Positions 1 to 9,487 of a stretch of DNA of 64,000 nucleotides are shown piece after piece. The position numbers and the translations under genes were made by a program. The notes beneath the pieces were generated by a model, which searched no databases, had not been told where the DNA came from, and saw only the letters and a list, made by a program, of their open reading frames with translations. Position 1 is the stretch's first letter. Each line of letters starts with the position of its first letter. Source of the DNA: an uncultured Fibrobacteria bacterium (GTDB lineage Bacteria; Fibrobacterota; Fibrobacteria; UBA11236); contig OY970309.1 in NCBI GenBank assembly GCA_963716395.1, positions 1,632,001-1,696,000 on the forward strand, given 5' to 3'.

Positions 1-920
1 TGTTCGATGTCGGTGCCTTCTACGCGTTCGGTTTCGGACGGATCGGCATGGGTGTCTCCGGCGGCGGCGTAAGCGGTGTCGGAGCCGTCGGCGGCTTCGG
101 AAGGTTGATGTTCCGCGAAGATGTCGTCGAGGCGTTTTTCGATATCGCTGCCTTCGACGCGATCCATGTCTTCGGATAAGACGGATTCCGGCGGCACCTC
201 TTCGGCCGCCGGCGGCGTGTATATCGCCGTAGCGTGCGGATTGGGATCGAGCAGCGGGACGTCCTCGGTTTCGGAAGTAGTGGAATCCTGTTCCAAGAAA
301 TCCAGCCGGTTTTCCACGTCGGCGCCGGTGACCGGCGCTTCGGCATCGCCGGTCGGCGGCGCTTCGGGCTGAACTTCGGCAAAGGTGCTTTGGGTGGCGG
401 CGGGGAAAGCAGTTTCGGAGCCGCCTTCTTTGGGCAGAAAATCGGCGACGTCGTTCAGGTTAAATTCGTGGATGGACGAGGTGGGGGTCGCCGTCGCATC
501 AAATGCCGCCGTGCCCTGCCCGGCCAAACCGAGCGCGCGTTGATACCAAGCCTGGAATTCTTCATCCCAGGGTTCATGGGTCGCAAGGCGCGCGAACGAT
601 TTGGCGCTTTCTCCATAAGCGCGCAAGCCTTCGGAAATTTCGGCCGACAGGCGCAACGCCGCGGGACAATTCGCGTCACGCTCCAAAACCTCGCCCAAGG
701 CGGCCGCAGCCTCGGTGAGCCGGCCGGTTTCTTTATAAATGCGCGCTAAAACCAGGCGGCCGGGCAGGTACTCCGGAAAGCGGTTGACGCCTTCGGTGAG
801 AACCTGCAATGCGTTCTCCACGGCCTGTTCGCGGTACAGGGCTTCGGCATGGCGCGCGAAGGCGAGGCCTGTGTCGGGAAACCTTTGTTGCAATTGTTCC
901 GATGCGTAGGCGATGCTCAT
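1..920 (-). CDS. TPR-repeat protein with acidic low-complexity repeats (3' end runs off the window)
   Basis: Open frame from ATG at 920 to the window edge (not in ORF track because it has no stop): MSIAYASEQLQQRFPDTGLAFARHAEALYREQAVENALQVLTEGVNRFPEYLPGRLVLARIY is TPR-like; repeated V[T/E]G.D[V/I]E.RLD motif downstream. Confidence 0.7.
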   Translation of the reverse strand, partial: MSIAYASEQLQQRFPDTGLAFARHAEALYREQAVENALQVLTEGVNRFPEYLPGRLVLARIYKETGRLTEAAAALGEVLERDANCPAALRLSAEISEGLRAYGESAKSFARLATHEPWDEEFQAWYQRALGLAGQGTAAFDATATPTSSIHEFNLNDVADFLPKEGGSETAFPAATQSTFAEVQPEAPPTGDAEAPVTGADVENRLDFLEQDSTTSETEDVPLLDPNPHATAIYTPPAAEEVPPESVLSEDMDRVEGSDIEKRLDDIFAEHQPSEAADGSDTAYAAAGDTHADPSETERVEGTDIE

Positions 921-1026
921 GGTCTTCTCTCCGAGCCGGCCGGTTTCGGGTACATCCCGGTTTAGTCGCCGGAAATTCGCGGGGGAGCGGCCTGCCGGCC
1001 TCGCATGCGCCCCGGGAACTCCCGCA

Positions 1027-1284
1027 TTATACCACTCCCTCCACGGGAATGGCCTCGTCAATGAGCATAATGGGAATGTCTTCGCGAATCGGGTACAGGT
1101 ACTTTTTGTCTGCACGCAAGAGACCGGCTTCCATTTTCTCCTTCACGGTCTCGCCCGCGCGGTTCGTCAGCGACCCGGAGTCGCACAGGCTGTTCAGTTT
1201 GCTGACCAGGTCGGCCGGCGCCAAGGCTACGGGTTGCTTGGTTTCGGGGCAGCACAGGATTTCCAAGAGTTGCGGATCGACCAT
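1027..1284 (-). CDS. Trm112/YcaR family protein
   Basis: LLEILCCPETKQ...YPIREDIPIMLIDEA signature. Confidence 0.9.
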   Translation of the reverse strand: MVDPQLLEILCCPETKQPVALAPADLVSKLNSLCDSGSLTNRAGETVKEKMEAGLLRADKKYLYPIREDIPIMLIDEAIPVEGVV

Positions 1285-1293
1285 GTCGTCTCC

Positions 1294-2250
1294 TTATTTT
1301 TCCATGTATTGCGCCAGGGCGGCGTATTTGGCTGCGCGCTTTTCCACCAGCTTGTCCAGTTCGACCTGTCGCAAGGTTTCCAACTCTTCTGAAAGCACGC
1401 CTTTTAGCGAGCGATACATGGCTTCGGGATCCCAATGCGCGCCGCCCAACGGCTCCTTGAGAATGCGGTCGACGACCTTGAGACCGAGCAAATCCGCGGC
1501 CGTGATGCGCATGGTTTCGCTCAGGTCCTGCTTCTTGCTGCTGTCGCCCCACAAGATGGCACTGCACGATTCGGGCGAAATCACCCCGAACCATGCGTTC
1601 TCCAGCATCAGGAGGCGGTCGCCCACGCCGATGCCGAGCGCGCCGCCGCTGGCGCCCTCGCCGATGACCACGATCAGAATGGGCGTGCGCAGCGCCGACA
1701 TCTCAGCCAGGTTGCGGGCGATGGCTTCGGCCTGACCGCGTTCTTCGGCGCCCACGCCCGGGTACGCGCCGGGCGTGTCGATGAAGGAAATGATGGGCAG
1801 CCGGAATTTTTCCGCCAGCTTCATGCAGCGCAGCGCCTTGCGGTAGCCTTCGGGATGCGCCATGCCGAAGTTGCGGTGTATGCTTTCCTTGGTATCGCGT
1901 CCTTTTTGATGGCCCATCACCACCACGCTTTGATCGCCGAGACGCGCCAGGCCCGTGACCAGGGCCGGATCGTCGCCGAAACAGCGGTCGCCGTGCAATT
2001 CCACAAAATCGGTGAACAGGTTTTGGATGTAGTCGAGGGTGTAAGGCCGGCCGGGGCGGCGGGCCAGCTCGACCCGGTTCCAGGCCGTGAGCTTCGAGGC
2101 GATTTTCTGCTGCAGCGCCTCTTTCTTGGCGATCAGGTGCTTGACGTCGGAGCTGGTGACCTCGCTGGTTTTGAGCAGGTCGTCGATTTTCATGGCCAAC
2201 TCCACCACGGGTTGCTCGAATTCCAGGTGCGGACCTTTGGGAACGGGCAT
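1294..2250 (-). CDS. accA: Acetyl-CoA carboxylase carboxyltransferase alpha subunit
   Basis: [61 protein letters not shown] motifs. Confidence 0.97.
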   Translation of the reverse strand: MPVPKGPHLEFEQPVVELAMKIDDLLKTSEVTSSDVKHLIAKKEALQQKIASKLTAWNRVELARRPGRPYTLDYIQNLFTDFVELHGDRCFGDDPALVTGLARLGDQSVVVMGHQKGRDTKESIHRNFGMAHPEGYRKALRCMKLAEKFRLPIISFIDTPGAYPGVGAEERGQAEAIARNLAEMSALRTPILIVVIGEGASGGALGIGVGDRLLMLENAWFGVISPESCSAILWGDSSKKQDLSETMRITAADLLGLKVVDRILKEPLGGAHWDPEAMYRSLKGVLSEELETLRQVELDKLVEKRAAKYAALAQYMEK

Positions 2251-2306
2251 GGCAGTAAAGGGAAGCTTTCCTTCCCGGTTTCGTCAATGCGGCACCAAGA
2301 ATCCGC

Positions 2307-2903
2307 TCAAAAACCGTAGGCCTGGCGCAATTGGTCGTTGGTGGGGAACGCGTCGTATTCTTCGCCGCGCGGCCCTTTCCATTTGCCGTCGACGTATTCG
2401 AGCAGCACCGGCGTATGCGATCCGTTGCTGTTGTTAACCAGCACGGTTTTGGTTTGGGGTGCGGCCGGAGCAGTCGACGTCGTCGTATCCTCTTCGACGA
2501 CGGTATCCACCACCAAATCGGTTTCGGGTTTTGCAACCACCACATAGCCGTCGCCGGATTCTTGGTAGTAATTGCCGCCGTAGTAATAGAGCGTCAGGCC
2601 GCCGGAATGCAAGACCAGCGCGTCGAGCGGCAGAAACGGCACCACAATGCCGATGGGCGGCGGCGCGAGGTAATAGGCGTGATGCCTGCGGTGATAGAAA
2701 TATCCGTTGTGGAAAAACAAATGGTTTCCTCCGACGTGAACGTCGAGATAGGCTTCGGGGTGATATCCGCCGCGGGCGAAACGCCCGGGACGGGCTTCCG
2801 CGGTTTGAACCGCGAGCAATCCCGCTGCGAGGAGCGCGGCCGACGACAACGACCTTTTGCGCAGCCATGGGAAACTTGGGAAAAACGCAGGCAAATTATT
2901 CAT
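2307..2903 (-). CDS. Secreted Pro/Tyr-rich hypothetical protein (DUF6515-like)
   Basis: ATG 2903 with GAGG RBS; signal-peptide-like N-terminus; YY..APPPIG.VV..LP and YYYYGGNYY pattern. Confidence 0.6.
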   Translation of the reverse strand: MNNLPAFFPSFPWLRKRSLSSAALLAAGLLAVQTAEARPGRFARGGYHPEAYLDVHVGGNHLFFHNGYFYHRRHHAYYLAPPPIGIVVPFLPLDALVLHSGGLTLYYYGGNYYQESGDGYVVVAKPETDLVVDTVVEEDTTTSTAPAAPQTKTVLVNNSNGSHTPVLLEYVDGKWKGPRGEEYDAFPTNDQLRQAYGF

Positions 2904-3047
2904 AACCGACCTCTTTTTTTCATTTGGAAACCCGGTGTGACCGGCATCAAAGCTTGCTCCGGGCGAGGATTCGCGTCGCTCTTCGGTCACGAAGATATCA
3001 ACCGTTTCGGGGGCGGTCCAGACGTGTTACAATCCGGATCCGCCGGG

Positions 3048-4679
3048 TTACTTTCGGAAATTCAGGTCGATGAGCGACACCGTTTCGGGGGCCGGAGTTC
3101 CCAGCAGCATCTTGACCTCGAGACGGCCGGGATCGCGGGTCGATAACACCTGCAAGGCGGTGGCGTAGGCGTCTTCGTCCAACGCGATGATGACGCCTTG
3201 CAAATCGAGTTTGCGCGCCAAGGAGTGTAAGGCGTCGATGTCGCCGATCACGTTCTCGCGCATAGCGCGGGGAATGGGCCCGCGGGGAAATTGCAGAAAA
3301 CCCACGAACTCGTAGCCCTCGAGCTTTTCGTTCACAATCAAATCGGCCAAGTCCTGCGCGCGCGCATTGGTGCCCAGAATGGCCACGCGTTTGACGTCTC
3401 CCAGGACGCGGCGCCAAAAGCGGCCGCCGTGGCTGAGGACGAGGCGCCATCCCATCAGCAGGGCCAGGCTGATGACGGCCGCGAGCGCGAACACCACGCG
3501 CGAATAGGCCCGTTCTTTCATGAAAAAGCTGCAGGAGAAAAACACCAGAAAGGCTTCGCATACCGTAAGGAACACGGTTTTGGGGCGCGGAAGCACCCGT
3601 CCGTATTCCCCGATGGCGGCCAGCGGCGCCAGCACCGACAGCGACGCCAGGGCATGCCAGAACCAATACAGGCCCGGCTCGGTAAACATGAGCAGGGGGA
3701 TGTGGAGGGCGTGCTCGTAGGCATCGGTGACGCCGGCCAGCACCGCGTTCACCAGCAGCAAATCCGCCAGCCAGCGCGGCCATTTCTGCAGCCGGGCCGA
3801 CACGAAATTCGCCAGGGCCAGTACGCCCACGCCGGCCTGCAGCAAGGTGTAGGGCAGAATGCGCAGCTCCAGGTGCTTGCGCGAGAAAATCACCATGGCC
3901 TCGTAGAAGTTGAAAAACGAACGCAGCGGACGGCTTTTGACGCTTTCGCCTTTGAAGTGGATGATTTGGGTGGCGGGGTGATAGAAGTTTCGTTTTCCAC
4001 TCAATTTGACGCGGAAGCAGAGATCGAGATCTTCGCCGTACATGAAGAAGTCTTCATCGAAGCCGCCCACCTGGCGGAACAATTCGGCGGGCAGGCACAA
4101 AAACGATCCCGACACCGCGTCGACTTCATGCGTCTTATTTTCGTCGAGATAGGTCAGGTTGTAGCGGCCGAACACCCGGCTGTTGGGAAACAACCCGCCC
4201 AGGCCGAACAGTTTGAACGCGGCCACGCGCGGCGAGGGAAAGCTGCGCTTGCACGCCAGTTGCAGCGAGCCGTCGCGGTTCACCACCTTGCAGCCCACCG
4301 CGCCCGCTTCCGGATGATCGCGGAAGAAGTCGGCCATGACCTGAAACGTGTCTTCGCGCACCAAGGTGTCGGGATTGAGGAACAGCAGCAACGGCTGGGT
4401 CGAGGCCGCCGCTCCGCGGTTGCAGGCCGTGCCGAAGCCCAGATTGCGGTCCAGCGAAATCCAGGTGGCATCGGGCCAGCGCGGTTTGAGCAGGGGCACG
4501 GTGCCGTCGCGCGAATCGTTGTCGCAGACGATGATCTCGGTGGCGCCCGAGAACTGGGCCGCGGCGTGGCGAATGCTTTGCAGGCAGGCGTCGAGGTATT
4601 CGCGTACGTTGAAGGCGACGATGATGATGGAAATTCCCGGCTCGCGCGGCGCCGGCGGTTCGGGATCGGGCCGGTTCAC
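3048..4679 (-). CDS. GT2 glycosyltransferase with C-terminal membrane and CoA-binding-like domains
   Basis: ISIIIVAFN, DNDSRDGT, NLGFGTACN, LNPD, GGFDEDFFMYGEDLD motifs; C-terminal TM helices and VAILGT segment. Confidence 0.9.
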   Translation of the reverse strand: MNRPDPEPPAPREPGISIIIVAFNVREYLDACLQSIRHAAAQFSGATEIIVCDNDSRDGTVPLLKPRWPDATWISLDRNLGFGTACNRGAAASTQPLLLFLNPDTLVREDTFQVMADFFRDHPEAGAVGCKVVNRDGSLQLACKRSFPSPRVAAFKLFGLGGLFPNSRVFGRYNLTYLDENKTHEVDAVSGSFLCLPAELFRQVGGFDEDFFMYGEDLDLCFRVKLSGKRNFYHPATQIIHFKGESVKSRPLRSFFNFYEAMVIFSRKHLELRILPYTLLQAGVGVLALANFVSARLQKWPRWLADLLLVNAVLAGVTDAYEHALHIPLLMFTEPGLYWFWHALASLSVLAPLAAIGEYGRVLPRPKTVFLTVCEAFLVFFSCSFFMKERAYSRVVFALAAVISLALLMGWRLVLSHGGRFWRRVLGDVKRVAILGTNARAQDLADLIVNEKLEGYEFVGFLQFPRGPIPRAMRENVIGDIDALHSLARKLDLQGVIIALDEDAYATALQVLSTRDPGRLEVKMLLGTPAPETVSLIDLNFRK

Positions 4680-5386
4680 CCGCCGCCCCGCAGCCGCAGG
4701 CGCAGCAGCAGAAACAAGGCCTCTTTCACGATGTCACCCGACATTTTGGAAACGCCGGCCACGCGATCCTTGAAGATGATGGGAATTTCCTTGATGCGGC
4801 AGCCGCGTTTCCACAGCTTGTAATTCACTTCGATTTGAAAGGAATACCCGTCGGAGCGGATGCCATCCAAATTGAGCCGGCGCAAAGCTTCGGCGCGAAA
4901 ACATTTGAACCCGCCGGTGACATCGTGCAACGGCATGCCCGTGACCCAGCGCGCATAGAGGTTGGCGAACCAACTGAGCAGCAGCCGGCCCATGGGCCAA
5001 TTCACCACCGTGACACCGTGCACATAACGGCTGCCCAGCACCAAATCGCAATCGGCGGCGGCCGCCAGAAATTCGGGAATATAGGCCGGGTCATGCGAGA
5101 AATCGGCGTCCATCTCGAATACAAAATCGTAGCCCTGCTCCAGAGCGTAGCGAAAGCCCAGCACGTACGCCGAGCCCAATCCCATTTTTCCCGGCCGCTC
5201 CAGCAGATGCAGATGCGGGCGCTGCACCATCTGCCCGCGCACAAAGCTTCCGGTGCCGTCGGGGGAATGGTCGTCGATGACCAGCACGTGCAGGCCGAGG
5301 TTCAAGGCCTCGAGCGTCGCCAGCATGCGCGGGAGATTTTCGATCTCGTTGTAGGTGGGAATGATGACGAGAATGCGGTCGGCCAC
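4676..5386 (-). CDS. Polyprenol monophosphomannose synthase (Ppm1/DPM1-like GT2)
   Basis: IIPTYNE, DDHSPDGT, GLGSAY, EMDADFSHDP, GSRY, GYSFQIE; GTG start after AAGGAG. Confidence 0.92.
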   Translation of the reverse strand: MADRILVIIPTYNEIENLPRMLATLEALNLGLHVLVIDDHSPDGTGSFVRGQMVQRPHLHLLERPGKMGLGSAYVLGFRYALEQGYDFVFEMDADFSHDPAYIPEFLAAAADCDLVLGSRYVHGVTVVNWPMGRLLLSWFANLYARWVTGMPLHDVTGGFKCFRAEALRRLNLDGIRSDGYSFQIEVNYKLWKRGCRIKEIPIIFKDRVAGVSKMSGDIVKEALFLLLRLRLRGGG

Positions 5387-5388
5387 GT

Positions 5389-6276
5389 TCACTCCTTGAC
5401 CGCGGCGGGGTCCAGGCTTTCCAGTTGCGCGTGCAATCCGCGCAACCGCATCCCGGTGTCGCGTTCCAGCCGACTGCAATCGAGGCCCGAACGCAGCGGC
5501 CGCGCTGCCGGAAGCCGCAGGTCTTCGGTGCGTATCGCTTGGATCAATCCCGCGTCGAGGCCGTAGAATTCGGCCACGGCGCGCGCCCATGTGAGACGGC
5601 TCACCAGATCGGATCCGGCGGCATGGTACAGGCCGGAGCATCCCCGGCGCAACAGGGCCCACACGGCCAGGGCCAAATCTTCGGCCCAGGTCGGGTTGCC
5701 GATTTGATCCGTGACGGCGCGTACGGGTTTACCCGCGGCCAAAGTTTCGCGCACGAATTCGGTAAAGCTTTTCTTCGCGCCCGGAAGCGCGCCCCACAGC
5801 CACATGGTGCGAAGCACCAATGACCGTGGTGATCCCGCCAGGACCAGGGCCTCCGAGGCGAGCTTGGCGCAGCCGTATTGGTTGAGCGGATGCACGGGAT
5901 TCCCTTCGGCATAGGGGCCGCTTTGGCCGTCGAAAACGTAATCGGTGGAAATCTGCACCAGCGGCAGGCCGGTTTCCGCCATCCAACCCACCAGCTCGCG
6001 GTTGAGGTGATCGTTCAAGGCCGGATTCTTTTCGCAGCCGTCGACGTCGGTGTAGGCGGCGGCGTTGAATATCCAATCCGGCCGACGCCGCGCCAACACC
6101 GCCTGCAGGGCCTCGCGCTCGCCGAGATCGGCCCGATCGTAACTGGCAAGATACTGGGGAAGCCGCGGCGTCTCCTCCAGGCCCAGACCCGACAGTTCGA
6201 CTTCGCCGCCCGCGGCGGCGGTGCGCAGCAGGCTTTGGCCCAAGAGGCCGTTGCAACCCGCAATCAGAATTTTCAC
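5389..6276 (-). CDS. rfbD: dTDP-4-dehydrorhamnose reductase
   Basis: GCNGLLG, NAAAYTDVDGCE, STDYVFDG, YGCAKLASE, DQIGNPT motifs; GTG start overlapping upstream stop. Confidence 0.9.
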   Translation of the reverse strand: MKILIAGCNGLLGQSLLRTAAAGGEVELSGLGLEETPRLPQYLASYDRADLGEREALQAVLARRRPDWIFNAAAYTDVDGCEKNPALNDHLNRELVGWMAETGLPLVQISTDYVFDGQSGPYAEGNPVHPLNQYGCAKLASEALVLAGSPRSLVLRTMWLWGALPGAKKSFTEFVRETLAAGKPVRAVTDQIGNPTWAEDLALAVWALLRRGCSGLYHAAGSDLVSRLTWARAVAEFYGLDAGLIQAIRTEDLRLPAARPLRSGLDCSRLERDTGMRLRGLHAQLESLDPAAVKE

Positions 6277-7223
6277 GGGGCCGTGCCGACGGAGGGCGCG
6301 TCGGGCGTCACGGCGGCGATGGGCGACGCCGCGGGCGCGAAACGCTGGTTGATCATTTCGCCCAGAAGGCCGATGGACACGAATTGTACGCCCACGATCA
6401 CGAAGGCCACGCCCGCCAGCATCAACGGACGCACATGCAATTGACCCGTCACCGCCCAACTTACGGCAAAGGCCAGCAGCACGGCGAAACCGGCGGCGGA
6501 GAACAACAGGCCCACGAAGCCGAAGAGATGCAGCGGCCGGCGCGTATAGCGGTGCAGAAATACCAAGGTGAGCAAATCGAACAGGCCGCGGGCCCGCCCC
6601 CAGCCGTATTTGGAGCGGCCGAAGCGCCGCGGACGGTGATCGACGGCCTGCTCTTCGACTTTGAAGCCGTTCCAATGCGCCAGCACCGGAATATAGCGGT
6701 GCAATTCGCCGTATAAATCCAGACTTTTCACCACCTCGGCGCGGTAGGCCTTGAGTCCGCAATTGAAATCGTGCAGACGCAGGCCCGCCACGGCGCCGGT
6801 CAGGGCGTTGAACAGCTTCGAGGGCCAGGTTTTATGCCAGGGATCGCGGCGCACGCGTTTCCAGCCCGACACCAAATCGGCGCCGTTTTCGAGGCGCTGC
6901 AAGAGGGCGGGAATTTCGGCCGGGTTATCCTGCAAGTCGGCGTCCAAGGTGATGACGTAGCGGCCGCGGGCGCGCCGGAAACCCTCGGCCAGGGCCGCGG
7001 CCTTGCCGCAATTGCTGCGGAAGCGCAAACCTTGGAAGCGGGGGTCACGCGCGTGAACCTGTTCGATGCGCGCGAAGGTGCCGTCGGTGCTGCCGTCATC
7101 GATGATCCAGGCTTCGAAGGCCAGGCCCGCCCCGTCGCATACCGAACGGATTTCGTCGCACAGAAGGGGTACGTTTTCCGCTTCGTTGAAGGCGGGAATG
7201 ACGAGGGAAAGCGTCGGAGTCAT
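6273..7223 (-). CDS. GT2 glycosyltransferase (ArnC/GtrB-like) with two C-terminal TM helices
   Basis: LVIPAFNEAEN, DDGSTDGT, DADLQDNP, DFNCGLKAYR, GELHRYIP; start may be 7256. Confidence 0.9.
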   Translation of the reverse strand: MTPTLSLVIPAFNEAENVPLLCDEIRSVCDGAGLAFEAWIIDDGSTDGTFARIEQVHARDPRFQGLRFRSNCGKAAALAEGFRRARGRYVITLDADLQDNPAEIPALLQRLENGADLVSGWKRVRRDPWHKTWPSKLFNALTGAVAGLRLHDFNCGLKAYRAEVVKSLDLYGELHRYIPVLAHWNGFKVEEQAVDHRPRRFGRSKYGWGRARGLFDLLTLVFLHRYTRRPLHLFGFVGLLFSAAGFAVLLAFAVSWAVTGQLHVRPLMLAGVAFVIVGVQFVSIGLLGEMINQRFAPAASPIAAVTPDAPSVGTAP

Positions 7224-7290
7224 GGGGCGGTTCGCAACGCGGGTATCAAAGTTCAAAATTCACCTTTTGGAGTTGTAGACGCAACCCGCT

Positions 7291-8325
7291 TCATTTTGGA
7301 ATTCGGCGTTCGACGGGCGCATGCTTTTTTCTTCCCATCACAAAGTAGAATCCCCCTCCCAGCATCACCGCCATGCCGATCACCGAGGGCAGAAAGGCCA
7401 GGGCCGCCGCGGCTGCAGGCCGGTCGAAGCCCGCATGTGCACGCGCCAGCACGCCGGGCATGCCGTAGAGGTAGGCGCCCAGGCTTTGCGGCAAGCCCCA
7501 GCCACCCACGTTGACGGGCAGAATCGCCGCCAGGGCGATCAGCGGGATAAAGGAGAAAAACAGGGAAGGGGCGATGGAAATGCGCAGGGCGCCGGCGCTG
7601 AGCGCATGCACGGCGATGCGCAGCACCTGCACCAGGCAGGCCACGAAGAACACCGCGGCCATGTTTTTCCACCGCCCGCGATAGGCGGCCAGCGAAGCCT
7701 GCATTTTGGCATAGGCCGCATCGATGCGCCGGAGGCCCAGGGCGCGGATGCCGGTGTGCAGCGCGGCGGCCGCATGCCGGCTGAGCAGCACGGCGAGCAA
7801 ACAGCCGAAGCATACCGATACCGCGCCGACGATGGCCAGCAAATGGTGCAAGAGCGTTAGGGGCAATTCCCGGCGGTGGAATTCGACAACCAGCGAGAGC
7901 AGGGAAAAGAACGCCAGGGCCGCAAAACCCAAAACGCGATCGAGCACCGTGGCCGCGGCGGCCTTGCCGACGCCCGCCGTGCGTTCGCTGTGGTGCACGT
8001 CCCAGACGCGCAGCGCGTCGCCGCCCACGGTTCCGGGCATGAAATTGTTCAAAAACATGCCCGCGTAATACGAGCGGAAGCAGGCGGCGAAACCCAGGTC
8101 GATGCCCTGCAGGCGCAGCAGCAAATGCCATTGATACGCGCCGCCGAGGATGGAAAGGAAAAAAACCACCGCCGCCGCCAAGGCCCAGCCCGGTTGGGCC
8201 GCCAACAGGGCCGTCCCGATGCGCAACCCGCCGTTGCCGCGCACCACCCACACCAGCATGCCGATGGTGAGCAGCAGGCGCAGCCAAAAGGCCGGGGAAC
8301 GCAGGGTTCTAAGCACGCCGCGCAT
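7291..8325 (-). CDS. Lysylphosphatidylglycerol synthase TM-domain (flippase-like) membrane protein
   Basis: Multiple TM helices; NNFMPGTVGGD.LR, LDRVLG and PVNVGGWG motifs. Confidence 0.85.
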   Translation of the reverse strand: MRGVLRTLRSPAFWLRLLLTIGMLVWVVRGNGGLRIGTALLAAQPGWALAAAVVFFLSILGGAYQWHLLLRLQGIDLGFAACFRSYYAGMFLNNFMPGTVGGDALRVWDVHHSERTAGVGKAAAATVLDRVLGFAALAFFSLLSLVVEFHRRELPLTLLHHLLAIVGAVSVCFGCLLAVLLSRHAAAALHTGIRALGLRRIDAAYAKMQASLAAYRGRWKNMAAVFFVACLVQVLRIAVHALSAGALRISIAPSLFFSFIPLIALAAILPVNVGGWGLPQSLGAYLYGMPGVLARAHAGFDRPAAAAALAFLPSVIGMAVMLGGGFYFVMGRKKHAPVERRIPK

Positions 8326-9487
8326 TCCACTCCCCATAGGCGGCGAGCAGCGCCGCGCGCGTTTCCCGATAGGCCGGTTCCCAGGTATGCGCCGCGGCCC
8401 AGGTCCGGCCATGGTCGGAGAGGCGTTGCCACACGCCGGGGTCGCCCAGCACTTGTTCCAGCCGCTGGGCGAAGGCCGCCGCATCGCCGAAGGGAACCAG
8501 AAATCCGGTTTCACCGTGGCGCACGCTGTCGCACAAGCCGGGCACGTCCGTGGCAACCACCGGGGCGCCGCAGGCATTGGCTTCGATGGAGGTGAGGCCC
8601 CACCCTTCCTTGAGCGACGAATTCACCACCACGGCGGCCCGGTGGTACAGTTCGATTTTGCGCGCTTCGGAGACGAATCCCAGAAAATCCACCGCCGCCT
8701 CCTGGCCCAGGTCGCGCGCCAGTTTCCGTAACCTCGGCGTATCGTCTCCCGTGCCGGCGATGGCGAGCCGTGTGGCCGGGCGCTTTTCGCGCAGCGCGCG
8801 CAGGGCGCGCAACAGCACGTCCAGCCCTTTGTAACGTTTGACGCGCCCCACGTATAGAACCAGGTTCGGTTCGCGCGCGGGCGGCGCCGCCAGACGGTAA
8901 CGTTCCGGATCCACCCCTTCGGCCGCGATGGAAACCGGATGGAAACCCTTGGCCGCCAATTCGCGGCGGCTACTCTCCGATCCCGTCAGCACGCGCACGC
9001 CGCGGTAGGCCCGGGGCATGAGGGCCTCGCAGGTGAGCACGTACAGCGCCGCCGGCCAGGCGGTTTCGCGGAACAGGGTGCGGCCGAAGAGATGGTGCAA
9101 TTGCAGCACCACCGGGCGATTGCAGCACCAGGGTGCGAAGAAGGCGATCTTGTTGGAATCGTCGAGCACGGCGTCGATGCGCAGATCGCGGCACCAGCGG
9201 CGCAGGCCGAACCAGACGGTGAAGTTGAAAAGCAACCCGTTCCCGCGTCGCAGCACGCGCACGCCGTCGATTACCTCTTCGGCCGGGGCGCCCGCGAAGG
9301 CATGCGAAACCTGAAAACAGGCAAAGCCCTCGGCGGCCAGGCGCCGGGCCACTTCGTGCAAATGCACTTCGGCGCCTCCCGCGGCGGGGTTGCGGGGATC
9401 GCGCCAGTTCACCAGCAAAAGGCGCAGCGGCCGGAACGGCGGTTCGCCGGAAAGACGGGCCGCCGCCGTACGCGCTTCGGAATTCAC
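8309..9487 (-). CDS. GT4 glycosyltransferase
   Basis: NWRDPRNPAAGGAEVH, GRVKRYKG, EGWGLTSIEANACG motifs. Confidence 0.92.
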   Translation of the reverse strand: MNSEARTAAARLSGEPPFRPLRLLLVNWRDPRNPAAGGAEVHLHEVARRLAAEGFACFQVSHAFAGAPAEEVIDGVRVLRRGNGLLFNFTVWFGLRRWCRDLRIDAVLDDSNKIAFFAPWCCNRPVVLQLHHLFGRTLFRETAWPAALYVLTCEALMPRAYRGVRVLTGSESSRRELAAKGFHPVSIAAEGVDPERYRLAAPPAREPNLVLYVGRVKRYKGLDVLLRALRALREKRPATRLAIAGTGDDTPRLRKLARDLGQEAAVDFLGFVSEARKIELYHRAAVVVNSSLKEGWGLTSIEANACGAPVVATDVPGLCDSVRHGETGFLVPFGDAAAFAQRLEQVLGDPGVWQRLSDHGRTWAAAHTWEPAYRETRAALLAAYGEWNARRA

